Source of the DNA: Halorussus marinus
Lineage (GTDB): Archaea > Halobacteriota > Halobacteria > Halobacteriales > Haladaptataceae
Length of the DNA stretch: 38,796 nucleotides
Reading direction: 5' to 3'
Assembly (NCBI RefSeq): GCF_004765795.1
Contig: NZ_SBIV01000014.1
Span: 1 to 38,796 of the forward strand
Positions 18,879 through 28,680 of the stretch are shown here, piece after piece. The position numbers were made by a program, and so were the translations under genes. The notes under the pieces were generated by a model. The model saw only the letters and a list, made by a program, of their open reading frames with translations. It was not told the DNA's origin and searched no databases. Positions within the stretch are counted from its first letter, which is position 1. Each line of letters begins with the position of its first letter.

Positions 18879-19259
18879 ATGGCGACACTACAAGCTGCGA
18901 CGACGTCAACCGGCGCGATCGTATCGGATCCACAGGCTGTCCGCGAACTCTGTGAGAGCTACTGCTTCGGGACGCTCGACTGGGAGGTCACCGACAAGGG
19001 CGAACTCACCATCTGGGGGTACGATGACTTCGAAGTGTACGAGGCGCGGGAGAACGGCCTCCCGGACTACGAGGGCGGCATCGTGACCCACGAATTCTTG
19101 CGAGAACTTGCCGACCACCTCGAAGCTGACGAGGAACTCGACATCCAGACAGCGGGGTTCACGAAGTGTCGCTTCCCAGTGCTGGCGAAGCGGTACGTCG
19201 TTCGCGACGGCGAAGTCCTCTACGCGGATCTCAGTTCCCCCGAACCAATCGAGGAGTAG
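18879..19259 (+). CDS. Hypothetical protein
   Basis: 126-aa acidic ORF with typical haloarchaeal codon usage. Confidence 0.8.
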   Translation: MATLQAATTSTGAIVSDPQAVRELCESYCFGTLDWEVTDKGELTIWGYDDFEVYEARENGLPDYEGGIVTHEFLRELADHLEADEELDIQTAGFTKCRFPVLAKRYVVRDGEVLYADLSSPEPIEE

Positions 19260-19260
19260 C

Positions 19261-19311
19261 GTTGTTCGTCCCCCGAGAGGGGTGCGGGGCGATCCAGTAG
19301 CGGTCGCCCCG
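19261..19311 (+). promoter_or_regulatory. Conserved-loop hairpin leader H5
   Basis: GTTGTT, CGTCCCCCG, AGAGGGGTG (19276-19284), CGGGGCG; alternative stem CGGGGCGATC/GGTCGCCCCG abutting the GAGGTGA SD. Confidence 0.8.
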
Positions 19312-19326
19312 TGAGGTGATTGCTCG

Positions 19327-19989
19327 ATGGGCCACCGCGCACTCGTTGCGTACGAACGCACAGACGGACAGTACACGCTCCACTACAGCCATTGGGGCGC
19401 AGCGAACCTCAAGCTCAAGCACCGAATTTCGGCTGAGTCGCCGTTCGGTGGCGACGACACCAACTCCAAGTGGGCGAAACAGCTGCTGGCTGAACTGGCC
19501 GATGGCCTCGAGGCAGATGCGGTCGACGGCTACCTCGCTGACGAGGATCGACCGTCGACGGTCGTCGAGCCGAAGCCCCGCGCCACCGGGCTCACCCTCG
19601 ACGAGATCATCGCTGACCATCTCGACTACCTCCACCACGAGGCGTTCTACGTGGTGTCACCGACCTTCGAGGTGACCGCCTACCGGACGCTGTGGTTCGG
19701 CCTGCAGTACGATTCAGAGACAATCGACAACGGTGAGACGGTCGGGAACGGGGCGCTCGCGACCGTTCGGTGGCACGACGGCGAGCCGGTCGGCGACGGC
19801 CATCTGAAGGGGCAGTTCCGGGCGCTGAAGGACGTCGTCGGCGATATGGTCGACAAGGGGGTGTTCACGCCGTCGACGGCGAGGCAGTACCTCAAGCAGA
19901 AACTCGGCGAGTGGGTCGGCGAGCGCCAGGAACTGCGCATCCCTGGTGGTGAATCACCGTCGAAAACTGCGTCAGTCGACCGATTATAA
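19327..19989 (+). CDS. DUF6735-like protein
   Basis: MGHRALVAYER...HYSHWGA N-terminus (family name recalled); GAGGTGA SD. Confidence 0.75.
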   Translation: MGHRALVAYERTDGQYTLHYSHWGAANLKLKHRISAESPFGGDDTNSKWAKQLLAELADGLEADAVDGYLADEDRPSTVVEPKPRATGLTLDEIIADHLDYLHHEAFYVVSPTFEVTAYRTLWFGLQYDSETIDNGETVGNGALATVRWHDGEPVGDGHLKGQFRALKDVVGDMVDKGVFTPSTARQYLKQKLGEWVGERQELRIPGGESPSKTASVDRL

Positions 19990-20026
19990 CGCCAATCCCT
20001 TTCTGAGTCCCCACGAACGTCTGGAT

Positions 20027-20311
20027 ATGTCAGATCGGGCTGATGACGAGGTGCGAGTATGGCTCGTCGAACGTACCTACTCCGATGATGAACAGAACCT
20101 AATCATCCTCACCTACGCGACACCCGACGGCAAACAGTATTATCGGAAAGAGCGGGCACTCACGTCCTTCACCGATATTCGAGATACGACAGCGGCAGTC
20201 GATGCGGGGCCCGGCAATCTCGGCACGGTTGATGACCCCGATCTCCAGGACCAATACGCGGCCGAAGCGCAGCGAATGCAGGAGGTCCACGACCCGAACG
20301 ACGTGATCTGA
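20027..20311 (+). CDS. Hypothetical protein
   Basis: 94 aa from ATG 20027 (VRVWLVERTY...LTYATPDG). Confidence 0.7.
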   Translation: MSDRADDEVRVWLVERTYSDDEQNLIILTYATPDGKQYYRKERALTSFTDIRDTTAAVDAGPGNLGTVDDPDLQDQYAAEAQRMQEVHDPNDVI

Positions 20312-20372
20312 TGCTCACCAGTAGACGTAGTCCCGTGCCATTGGTTATGTCGGAGGAGGCCGTAGACGGGGT

Positions 20373-21122
20373 ATGCGCGAACTCGTCTTCGCCCTCGAAT
20401 ACGAGCCGGGGTGCAATAGGGTGGCGGATGCCCTTGCCGACTACCCCGACGCCCGTGTCCGCTCGCTTTCGTTGCACGCGACTGCCGACCAACTTTGGCG
20501 AGTCGACCATGCCACCGGCACTCCGGACGCACTCGACGCCATCGAGGACGCGTTTCGAAACAGCGACTACTACGCCGACTGTCTCGCCACCGAGGACTGC
20601 GGCGCCACCCAGACCACCCGCGTCCTTGACCGCACGGACGACACGCTCGTCCTCTACTCCGACTGGGAGCGAACCCCCACCTGCGCCTCGGTTCCCCACA
20701 TCGCCCGCGACCATCTCGGGGACGGCGTGCTGTTCGAGACCCGTCATGAGGGCCGCCACTACACGTGGCGACTCATCCACTCGGGCGACGGCGACGTGGC
20801 GGCATTCTTCGACTCCCTCGAGGTTGCCGTCGAAGAATGCGCTCAGATGGAGATGCTCCGCACCGCGGACACGACGACAGCAGCTGGAGGAAGCGACGAA
20901 ACACCGAGCGGATTACCCCCGGCGCAGGAAGCCGCCCTCCAAGCCGCCGTCGAACACGGCTACTACGAGTCGCCCCGCGAGGTCGATGTCGGCGAGTTGG
21001 CCGAGCATCTCGACGTGCCTCGGTCAACACTTACCTACCGGCTCCGTCGGGCGGAAGAACATTTGGCGAAGCAACACGTCGCCGGCGAGCGGGTAGCGGA
21101 AGAACGGCTGGCATCGCACTGA
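20373..21122 (+). CDS. Bat/HTH_10-type transcriptional regulator
   Basis: C-terminal QEAALQAAVEHGYYESPR...LAEHLDVPRSTLTYRLRRAE; Cys/His-rich N-terminal domain. Confidence 0.9.
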   Translation: MRELVFALEYEPGCNRVADALADYPDARVRSLSLHATADQLWRVDHATGTPDALDAIEDAFRNSDYYADCLATEDCGATQTTRVLDRTDDTLVLYSDWERTPTCASVPHIARDHLGDGVLFETRHEGRHYTWRLIHSGDGDVAAFFDSLEVAVEECAQMEMLRTADTTTAAGGSDETPSGLPPAQEAALQAAVEHGYYESPREVDVGELAEHLDVPRSTLTYRLRRAEEHLAKQHVAGERVAEERLASH

Positions 21123-21129
21123 CACCGCG

Positions 21130-21145
21130 GTTGGAATATTCCAAC
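21130..21145. promoter_or_regulatory. Perfect 16-bp palindrome, likely operator for the metal ATPase
   Basis: GTTGGAATATTCCAAC directly before AAAGACATAT, 37-52 nt upstream of ATG 21182. Confidence 0.7.
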
Positions 21146-21181
21146 AAAGACATATCGAACTCCCGCTCCTACCGTGAGGTG

Positions 21182-23545
21182 ATGACAGAGAATTCCGATG
21201 TGGATACAGCGGGACCACCGAACGGCGGCGGGCAGCGGGAGTTGACTGCCCGTCTCACGGTCCCCGAGATGGACTGTCCGTCGTGTGCGCAAAAAGTCGA
21301 CAAGAGCCTCCAGCGCGTCGACGGCGTCGTTGAGGCCACGCTCCAGCCGACCACCGGGACAGCTACCATCAAGTACGATCCGGACCGGACTACCAAAGCC
21401 GACGTCGTCGCGGCGATCGAAGCCGCCGGCTATGACGTGATCGGCGGAGCAGACGACGAAACCGACGAGTCTGCCGACGGCGTCGATATCGCGCCACCTT
21501 CGGAGGTCTGGACGAGTTCTCGCGCGAAGAAGACGTGGCTCGGCGCAGCGTTCGTCATCCTTGGTCTAGTCTTCGAGTTCCTTCTCACCGGCCAGAACGT
21601 CGCGATAGCGAGCATCCTCGACTACCCGCTACACATCGCAGATGTCCTGTTCCTCGGTGCCGTCGCGGCCAGTGGCATCCCGGTCGTCCGCAGCGGGTAC
21701 TACTCCGCGAAGAACCGAAGCCTCGACATCGACCTCCTGATGGGGACAGCGATCATCGCCGCAACCGGCATCGGCTACTTCGTCGAGGCCGCGACGCTGG
21801 CCGTCCTGTTCAGCATCGCCGAACTGCTCGAGGACTATGCGATGGACAGGGCACGGGATTCTCTGCGCGAGCTGATGGAACTCTCGCCCGACGAGGCGAC
21901 CGTCCGTCGCGATGGTGAGGAAGTGACCGTTTCCGTCGAGGAGGTCGACGTTGGCGAGACCGTCGTCGTCCGCCCTGGCGACAAGATTCCGCTCGACGGG
22001 ACGGTCATCGAAGGCGAGAGTGCAGTCGACCAGTCGCCGATCACGGGCGAGAGCGTCCCCGTCGACAAGACCACCGGCGACGAGGTGTACGCCGGCGCGA
22101 TCAACGAAGAGGGGTACCTCGAGGTAGAGGTCACCTCGACCGCTGGCGATTCGACGCTCTCGCGTATTATCGAAATGGTACAGGGCGCACAGGCGAAGAA
22201 GACCGAGTCTGAGCAGTTCGTCGACCGCTTCTCCGGCTACTACACACCCCTCGTCGTCGTGCTGGCAATCCTGACCGCCGCTATCCCGCCGCTGGTTATC
22301 GCTGATCCGGTGGCGGTGGACCTAGCCGGTTACGGGTTCACCTTCGCGGGCGACTGGCAGACGTGGTTCATCCGTGGGCTCACGCTGCTGGTGATCGCCT
22401 GCCCGTGTGCGTTCGTCATCTCCACACCCGTCTCGGTGGTGTCGGGCATCACGAGCGCCGCGAAGAACGGCGTCCTGATCAAGGGCGGAAATTACCTGGA
22501 AGCGATGGGCGAGGTCGACGCCGTCGCCGTCGACAAGACCGGGACGCTCACCAAGGGCGAACTCGCCGTCACCGACGTCGTTCCGGTGGGTGACACTACG
22601 GAGGACGATCTGCTCCGTCGCGCCGCTGGGCTGGAGCAGCGCAGTGAGCATCCCATTGCTACGGCGATTCTCGCCCGTGCTGAGGAGGCGGGCGTGGGCA
22701 ACCTGCCCGACCCGACGGGTTTCGAGAGCCTCACTGGGAAGGGCATCCGCGGCGAGATCGGCGGCGAGACGTACTATGCGGGCAAGCCCGCGCTCTTCGA
22801 GGAACTGGGCTTCGACCTCGCTCGGGCACGCCGCGAGACGGACGGCGGCGTTATGACGGAAGAGGCGACCGAGGGCGAGAACGGGGCGTTCGCCGAGGAT
22901 GCCCTCTCCGCGCTGGAGCGGGAGGGCAAGACTGTCGTTATCGTCGGGACGGAGTCGAAACTGCTGGGTGCGATCGCCATCGCCGACGAGGTTCGCCCGG
23001 CCTCGAAGCGGGCCGTCGAACGCCTGCACGAGCTGGGCGTCGAGCGCGTGGTGATGCTCACCGGCGACAACGAGGGCACCGCCCGCGCAATCGCCGAGCA
23101 GGTCGGGGTCGACGAGTATCGCGCAGAACTCCTGCCCGACGAGAAGGTCGACGCTGTCGAGGAGTTACAGGCAGAGTACGGTGATGTCGCGATGGTCGGT
23201 GACGGCATCAACGACGCGCCCGCGCTCGCCACCGCGGAGGTCGGCATCGCGATGGGCGCGGCCGGCACCGACACCGCTCTCGAGACGGCCGATATTGCGT
23301 TGATGGGCGACGACGTCGGGAAACTCCCGTACCTGTACGACCTGTCGCATACGGCCAACGGGGTGATCCGGCAGAACATCTGGGCGAGTCTCGGCGTGAA
23401 GTTCCTGCTCGCGCTGGGCGTGCCACTGGGGCTGGTCAGCGTTGCGTTGGCGGTCGTTGTCGGTGATATGGGGATGAGCCTCGGTGTCACCGGGAACGCG
23501 ATGCGGTTGTCGCGAATCGAGCCCGATCGGTTCTCCGACACCTGA
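21182..23545 (+). CDS. cadA: Heavy-metal P1B-2 ATPase (Zn/Cd/Pb)
   Basis: HMA MDCPSC, TGES, CPC, DKTGT, SEHP, GDGINDAP, TM Lys and GDMG; start MTENSD at 21182. Confidence 0.9.
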   Translation: MTENSDVDTAGPPNGGGQRELTARLTVPEMDCPSCAQKVDKSLQRVDGVVEATLQPTTGTATIKYDPDRTTKADVVAAIEAAGYDVIGGADDETDESADGVDIAPPSEVWTSSRAKKTWLGAAFVILGLVFEFLLTGQNVAIASILDYPLHIADVLFLGAVAASGIPVVRSGYYSAKNRSLDIDLLMGTAIIAATGIGYFVEAATLAVLFSIAELLEDYAMDRARDSLRELMELSPDEATVRRDGEEVTVSVEEVDVGETVVVRPGDKIPLDGTVIEGESAVDQSPITGESVPVDKTTGDEVYAGAINEEGYLEVEVTSTAGDSTLSRIIEMVQGAQAKKTESEQFVDRFSGYYTPLVVVLAILTAAIPPLVIADPVAVDLAGYGFTFAGDWQTWFIRGLTLLVIACPCAFVISTPVSVVSGITSAAKNGVLIKGGNYLEAMGEVDAVAVDKTGTLTKGELAVTDVVPVGDTTEDDLLRRAAGLEQRSEHPIATAILARAEEAGVGNLPDPTGFESLTGKGIRGEIGGETYYAGKPALFEELGFDLARARRETDGGVMTEEATEGENGAFAEDALSALEREGKTVVIVGTESKLLGAIAIADEVRPASKRAVERLHELGVERVVMLTGDNEGTARAIAEQVGVDEYRAELLPDEKVDAVEELQAEYGDVAMVGDGINDAPALATAEVGIAMGAAGTDTALETADIALMGDDVGKLPYLYDLSHTANGVIRQNIWASLGVKFLLALGVPLGLVSVALAVVVGDMGMSLGVTGNAMRLSRIEPDRFSDT

Positions 23546-23617
23546 CTCTGCGGCGGGAAGTGCGGGCAGGACGCTCCTCTTTCGCGACTTTCCTGCGCTC
23601 TATCGAGACAATTTGCA

Positions 23618-23658
23618 GTTTGTCTGGGGCAGTAGAGACTGAGCCCCACCGCAGGCTC
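23618..23658 (+). promoter_or_regulatory. Leader H6 (divergent loop)
   Basis: GTTTGTCT, GGGGC, AGAGACTG, GCCCC; alternative stem GAGCC/GGCTC; ends CTGATTTG-ATG like H1. Confidence 0.5.
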
Positions 23659-23665
23659 TGATTTG

Positions 23666-24088
23666 ATGCCCGAGAATCCAGACGACGATCCACTCCACGA
23701 TTGCGAGTTAAGTCCCGACGCAGTCCTCGGGACGCGCACCTTCCACGATGTCCTGTTCACTGACGATACCGAGACGCCGGTAAACGTGCTCACCGGCGAG
23801 ACACCCGCACATTCGCAGGCGACCGTCGAGGAAGCGAAGGCGTTCGCTACGAGTATCGATACGGACACACCACAAATCGCGCTCCCGGCCTCTGTCGAGA
23901 CGCAGATCGAAACCCAGAGCCAACCCTACACGGCGGCCGCGTTCTTCCACTTCAAGGCGACCGGGTCGCTCGAACTGCACCGTGCCTACCACGCCGCCTA
24001 CGACTCCGACGCGTTCAGCACCGACTTCGAGGCCGACTACGAGTCGGGCGACCTGACGATCACCGTCGAGCAGACTGCCGATTCCTGA
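23666..24088 (+). CDS. Hypothetical protein
   Basis: 140-aa acidic ORF. Confidence 0.75.
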   Translation: MPENPDDDPLHDCELSPDAVLGTRTFHDVLFTDDTETPVNVLTGETPAHSQATVEEAKAFATSIDTDTPQIALPASVETQIETQSQPYTAAAFFHFKATGSLELHRAYHAAYDSDAFSTDFEADYESGDLTITVEQTADS

Positions 24089-24107
24089 ACGCGGTCTCCC
24101 GAAGCGA

Positions 24108-24181
24108 GGTTTTTCGAGCGCCGGCGATGGGTGCCGGCGCACCGAGCAGACAGCGCCGAGCGGCGCCCGGTGAGTCGGCAC
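24108..24181 (+). promoter_or_regulatory. Conserved-loop hairpin leader H7
   Basis: GGTTTTTC, GCGCCGGC-GATGGGT-GCCGGCGC; alternative stem 24131-24144 with 24168-24181, followed by the GAGGTGA SD. Confidence 0.8.
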
Positions 24182-24196
24182 TCCGAGGTGAACCAG

Positions 24197-24697
24197 ATGC
24201 ATATGGTCATCTACGCGCTGGTGGAAGCACCGACACAGCACGACGCCCTGGTCGAGGGGAAAGCAGTCTTCGACCGTCTCGTCGGCGCGAATCCCCACGG
24301 CTGCGCCGTGTTTGATTACTACGTCACGTTCGATGAAGACGACACGACGGTCGCCGGGAAGGCCCGCTGGGGTGACCTGCCGACGGCGGCCCCCATCAAC
24401 TCAGAGGAGGGCGGTGAACTGCTCGACCGGGCTTGGAAGGCCACGAAAGAGGAGTTTCAGCGGAATCTCGACCGCGTGAAGGAGGCGCTCGACGAGCTCA
24501 GCGACGAGGCGATCATGCGCGACGAGGACCTCGCCCGCCACGCGTTCCACCAGGTCGGCGCGTACGAAGGGCCCTCAATCCCGATGTACGACCAGCACGC
24601 CCAGGGGATTCGGCATCGAGGCCAGCTCGACCGAGTCCTCGAGGAAGACGAGGACAGCCAGACGCTCTGGATCGTCCCCGCAGACGTTCATTTCTGA
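24197..24697 (+). CDS. Hypothetical protein
   Basis: MHMVIYALVE...FDYY...WIVPADVHF; GAGGTGA SD. Confidence 0.8.
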   Translation: MHMVIYALVEAPTQHDALVEGKAVFDRLVGANPHGCAVFDYYVTFDEDDTTVAGKARWGDLPTAAPINSEEGGELLDRAWKATKEEFQRNLDRVKEALDELSDEAIMRDEDLARHAFHQVGAYEGPSIPMYDQHAQGIRHRGQLDRVLEEDEDSQTLWIVPADVHF

Positions 24698-24703
24698 CCA
24701 ACG

Positions 24704-25069
24704 ATGCCACGAATCACCAACTGGTCACGAGAGAGTCGCTCACCAACACTCGCGTATCGAAACACCGAGACTGGAGCGCGAGCTGTTCTACACCGGGCGC
24801 CGGATTCATACCGGTACAAGTGGCGCGGAGCGATCCTCGTCGACGGCTACCCGATCTGGTCGCGAGGCTTCGAGACGAAGGAGGCGACAACGTTCCGGGA
24901 TGCGCTTCGGGAGCGGCCAGCGCCCGAACTGAACTGTCCGGAGTGTCCAAACGACGACGTCCTCGTCGGTGAGAAGACAGCTGATGGAGCGACGGTACAG
25001 CGCTGGTACGACTGTCCGGACTGTGGGTACGAAGCCCCCTCGCGCATCGTCTACGGCCCTGAACGCTGA
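24704..25069 (+). CDS. Hypothetical protein with C-terminal Zn ribbon
   Basis: CPEC...CPDCG. Confidence 0.8.
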   Translation: MPRITNWSRESRSPTLAYRNTETGARAVLHRAPDSYRYKWRGAILVDGYPIWSRGFETKEATTFRDALRERPAPELNCPECPNDDVLVGEKTADGATVQRWYDCPDCGYEAPSRIVYGPER

Positions 25070-25085
25070 GGACGTACACACGCAG

Positions 25086-25132
25086 GGTGTTTTTCGGCCG
25101 GGGCGGAGAGAGTGACCCGGTCGAACCGGGTC
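25086..25132 (+). promoter_or_regulatory. Conserved-loop hairpin leader H8
   Basis: GGTGTTTT, TTCGGCCGGG, loop containing AGAGAGTG, CCCGGTCGAA; alternative stem GACCCGGT/ACCGGGTC. Confidence 0.7.
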
Positions 25133-25141
25133 GGTCCAACA

Positions 25142-25537
25142 ATGAGTCTCGAAGTACTCGACCGACACAGCGAGGCACTGTTCGAGTTCCTCTGGTGTCC
25201 CGTCTGCGGGCAGGAAGTGTTCACCCACATTCCCTTCGAGGGAGTGTTCTGCAAGAACTGTAACACGCAGGTCGTCCTCCAAGAGTCTCGAGAAGACCGT
25301 GGCTACGAGGAGGCTGTGCTCGCGTGCTTCGACACCGACTCAACGTGGAACCTTCACGTCGACGAGAAGCTCCGCCGCGACCTGCCTGACGGCTCGGCAC
25401 GGGCAAAAATCCTCGGTGCACCGGGTGCCTATGAGATCGACTGGTGGAGTCCAGCACCTGGGGAGGATTGGGAGCCGGTCGAGCGTGGTGAATTCGACGA
25501 CGTGGAGGAACCAGACGAGGTGTCACATCTCGCGTAG
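25142..25537 (+). CDS. Zn-ribbon hypothetical protein
   Basis: WCPVCG...FCKNC; ATG 25142. Confidence 0.8.
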   Translation: MSLEVLDRHSEALFEFLWCPVCGQEVFTHIPFEGVFCKNCNTQVVLQESREDRGYEEAVLACFDTDSTWNLHVDEKLRRDLPDGSARAKILGAPGAYEIDWWSPAPGEDWEPVERGEFDDVEEPDEVSHLA

Positions 25538-25564
25538 CGGATTGCAATCCCGCTACGACTGTGT

Positions 25565-25611
25565 GGTGTTGTTTCAGCGCCGGCGATGGGTGCCGGCGCA
25601 CACGCGCCGGC
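25565..25611 (+). promoter_or_regulatory. Conserved-loop hairpin leader H9
   Basis: GGTGTTGTTTC, GCGCCGGC-GATGGGT-GCCGGCGC-ACAC-GCGCCGGC; 26 bp identical to H7. Confidence 0.8.
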
Positions 25612-25619
25612 GAGTACCG

Positions 25620-26204
25620 ATGTCGACACGGAGCCAACTCCGATTCGTCCAACGAGTCGAACAGACCGGTGAGACAGATGGCAGCGCCGACCGCGTCGCG
25701 CAGGTGTACCGGCATTCGGACGGGTATCCCGGGAGCGTCCTCCGGGATCTCGCACAACTGAAAGAGCTGCTCGATGCGACCCGCGCAGAGCGTGGCCCGG
25801 GCTACACGGCGGCGACCTTCGTGTTCCTCGACAAGCTCTCGACGGTCGACCTCTACCTGGATGGCGACCCAGAGCGAACGATCGACGCGGCTCAGCCAGC
25901 GGATCTCCTCGAGCCGTCCAATATGGAGCACCTGGACCAGCCGCTGTTCCTGCTGGGCCACGGCGTCGAGAATCCGGCCGACGGCATCCACGGCGACGAG
26001 GAGTACCTCTACGTCGTCGAACTCCCGACGGAGAACCCGTTCGACGAGCCGACCGAGTGGACAGTCAAAGTGAGCGGTCACTCCGCGTTCCCCCGCTGGG
26101 ACGGCCCGACCGACGAGGCCTTCGAGCAGGCGAGCTGGCAGTTCCACGGGTCGCTCGAGGACGCGCTCGCAGAACTGGTCCGGGACGAAGCAGTCGTCAA
26201 GTAA
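25620..26204 (+). CDS. Hypothetical protein with YxHxDGYP motif
   Basis: MSTRSQLRF...VYRHSDGYP...HGDEEYLYVV, a pattern I associate with phage/plasmid proteins. Confidence 0.75.
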   Translation: MSTRSQLRFVQRVEQTGETDGSADRVAQVYRHSDGYPGSVLRDLAQLKELLDATRAERGPGYTAATFVFLDKLSTVDLYLDGDPERTIDAAQPADLLEPSNMEHLDQPLFLLGHGVENPADGIHGDEEYLYVVELPTENPFDEPTEWTVKVSGHSAFPRWDGPTDEAFEQASWQFHGSLEDALAELVRDEAVVK

Positions 26205-26248
26205 AATCCCAAATCGTATTTATACAGTTAGGGTTTAGAAAGACCCAG

Positions 26249-27199
26249 ATGATTTCGAAGGCCGGACTCGCCGTGCTTGACGCGCTGAGTACCGGCCGTG
26301 AAGCAACACCGGCGGAACTCGCGGCCGAAACCGGATATTCACGAGACCATCTGTACGACGTACTCAACGAATTGCTCGCAGCGGGATTGCTCACAGAAAC
26401 CCGTGGGTCCAGCAATCAGCGTCGTGTCCGCATCGCGGAACATCCAGTTACCGAAGCGTATCGAACGCTGCAGTCGGAGTTCAGCCACGTAGACTGGACG
26501 GAACTGCTCTCCCCAGCCACACTCCGCGTGTGTTGGTATCTCGATAGACCACGACACATCGCTGATATCGCAGACCGGCTCGGAATCACTCGACAAGGTG
26601 TCCACAGCGCGTTATCACCGCTCAAGCACCGAGCACTACTCTCCAGATCTGATTCGAAGTACGCCCTTCATGACGAAGTCTCGCCGCTGTTGGCGTTCGC
26701 CCGGGCTACTGTAGAGCACGAACATCGAGCCCGAGTCCGGGAAATCGCTCCCAGTGCCACGATCGCGTGGTGCGATCCGAAGCGAGCACTCGTTCGCCTG
26801 CAGACCGACGAGGATACGGACGCACTCCAAGCAGCTCCGGACTGGGAGATGACCGGACTGGGTCGGTTTACAGCGTATGGTCTACAGTTTTTCCTCGCCG
26901 GCGAGCCTCCGTTCTGGTATGCTCCGGACGAAGACCTAACGCCTGCTGAAGTCGTATGCCATACGCTCCTTCTGGATAGCGGATCTAGGCGGGTCAGCTA
27001 TTCGATGCTGCTGATCGAGGCGGAGGATATCGATCAGGAGACACTCGTCGAGACCGCACAGTGGTACGACCTGGAACCCACTGTGAAAGCGTTGTATCGG
27101 CCACTTCAGGGCGACTTCGACAGAACAGATGATCTGCCAGTCATCCTCCCAAAAAAGAACGAATATATGGCACTCAAAGACCAGTACGGAGTCGCGTAA
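26249..27199 (+). CDS. Double-HTH (MarR/ArsR-like) regulator
   Basis: Two wHTH repeats (TPAELAAETGYSRDHLY; IADIADRLGITRQGVH); TTTATA at 26219-26224, leaderless. Confidence 0.8.
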   Translation: MISKAGLAVLDALSTGREATPAELAAETGYSRDHLYDVLNELLAAGLLTETRGSSNQRRVRIAEHPVTEAYRTLQSEFSHVDWTELLSPATLRVCWYLDRPRHIADIADRLGITRQGVHSALSPLKHRALLSRSDSKYALHDEVSPLLAFARATVEHEHRARVREIAPSATIAWCDPKRALVRLQTDEDTDALQAAPDWEMTGLGRFTAYGLQFFLAGEPPFWYAPDEDLTPAEVVCHTLLLDSGSRRVSYSMLLIEAEDIDQETLVETAQWYDLEPTVKALYRPLQGDFDRTDDLPVILPKKNEYMALKDQYGVA

Positions 27200-27235
27200 C
27201 ACCAACCACGCAGTCTGGCGGAAAATTGCGATGGG

Positions 27236-28600
27236 TTAGATGATGCCGCCGATCACGAGTAGTCCGACGACGAGCAGCAGCGTCGCAACCACGCTCCCTC
27301 CAGCAAGCAGCTTGTTCTCCATCGCCTTCTCGTGGAGGGGCATCTCGGCGTACTCCTTGCGGAACGCGTCGAGGTTCTCCTCGTCGTAGAAGTACTTCCT
27401 CTTCAGCGCGAACCGTTCGGTCACCGCACAGCCGGTACAGACCGGCTCCCCTTCGAGCCGTTCGGTCTTGATGTGGGTGTCGCAGGCGATCGCCCCGCAG
27501 TTCGGACAGTAGGTGTACGTCTCGTCAACGCCGCTCGTCTCGCAGTGGACGCACCGATGGATGCCGTCCTCCAGAGTGACCCGTGAGGGGCCAGCAGAAT
27601 AGTATTCGTACGGATACGAGTACTCCAGTATCTCTGTCGTCTGCCGAACCTCAGGTAGATACACCGGCTCAATCGATTGCACTGAGATGTCCGAGAGATT
27701 CGGCTCACACGTCTTGTTGTACGTGACGTTATTGTCGCCGGTGTAGGTCACCGTCGTCGTGTGGTAATCCTGGAGGCGGTCAACAGCCCACTCCTTGTAC
27801 TCCGTTTGGGTCTGGCCGAACCGTCGTTCGTCGACGTCGTCGAATACCTCGGTAAACTGCCCGGTATCGAGGGGAACCGTCGCGTGGAAATTCTCGGTGA
27901 CCAGCGTCGCGACTTCGTCGTCGGCCACCTTCGGATGGCCGCGCTCAGCGTGGACAACGAACTGTGTGCGGTCGTTGATCCGGTGGATGACACCGACGGA
28001 GGTCTCAAAGACAGCGTTCGTGTCGGCGGTGATCGCAACCACCGGTCGGAACGTCACTTGCGAGTGCGGCACCGGCAGATCCGCAGCCTCGATGTTCTCG
28101 ATGTCGCGGAACGCCTCCTGGACAGGTGCGTCGACATCCGCCGCCGGGTCGTACGGCCGGAGCGTCTCGTCACAGAGGATCTCGATGCGGCCGTTGTAGA
28201 GATCGAGACCGATCTCGTCGGCGATCTCCCGGAGGTCCTCGCCGTCGATCAGCTCGATGGGAAAGGGATCATCGTTCCGCTGGAGCCGATCTGCGTACTC
28301 CTCGGCAGGGTTCGTAAATCGACCAGTGGTGGCGACCATCCCGCGCTTTGGACCGTCGAAGTCGAAGGTCGCGATGGCGGAATGGAGCTTCTGGACGACC
28401 GGCCGGCCGACCGTCCCGGTGTGCTTACACTCGACGATGATCGCACGCCGGGTGCCGTCGACGACCTCCTCCATGATGACGTCCCGTCCCTCGTCGGCCG
28501 TCCGCTCGGCCTGGCGGACGTTCTCGTAGCCGAGGTTGCGGAAGACGTCCTCCATCAAGTCCTCGAACTCGAATCCCGAGAGGTCGTCCAGTACAGCCAT
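27236..28600 (-). CDS. Mrr-family restriction endonuclease with Zn ribbons and C-terminal membrane helix
   Basis: LSGFEFEDLM..F..LGY...TADEGRD...VECKH...GMVATTGRFT; CVHC/CPNC/CDTH/CTGC; hydrophobic tail; start ATG 28600. Confidence 0.85.
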   Translation of the reverse strand: MAVLDDLSGFEFEDLMEDVFRNLGYENVRQAERTADEGRDVIMEEVVDGTRRAIIVECKHTGTVGRPVVQKLHSAIATFDFDGPKRGMVATTGRFTNPAEEYADRLQRNDDPFPIELIDGEDLREIADEIGLDLYNGRIEILCDETLRPYDPAADVDAPVQEAFRDIENIEAADLPVPHSQVTFRPVVAITADTNAVFETSVGVIHRINDRTQFVVHAERGHPKVADDEVATLVTENFHATVPLDTGQFTEVFDDVDERRFGQTQTEYKEWAVDRLQDYHTTTVTYTGDNNVTYNKTCEPNLSDISVQSIEPVYLPEVRQTTEILEYSYPYEYYSAGPSRVTLEDGIHRCVHCETSGVDETYTYCPNCGAIACDTHIKTERLEGEPVCTGCAVTERFALKRKYFYDEENLDAFRKEYAEMPLHEKAMENKLLAGGSVVATLLLVVGLLVIGGII

Positions 28601-28680
28601 CCGAATGTAATTGGATAGTATCTTGCTATAACTAAATACGTTGCCGACGGTGGCGACGAAGTCCCGACGACGTGAGCGCT

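Noticed and set aside
22774..23868. Long antisense/alternative-frame ORFs (also 921-2321, 25221-26147, 27761-28618 and others)
   Set aside because: Shadow ORFs of high-GC genes with non-halophilic composition.
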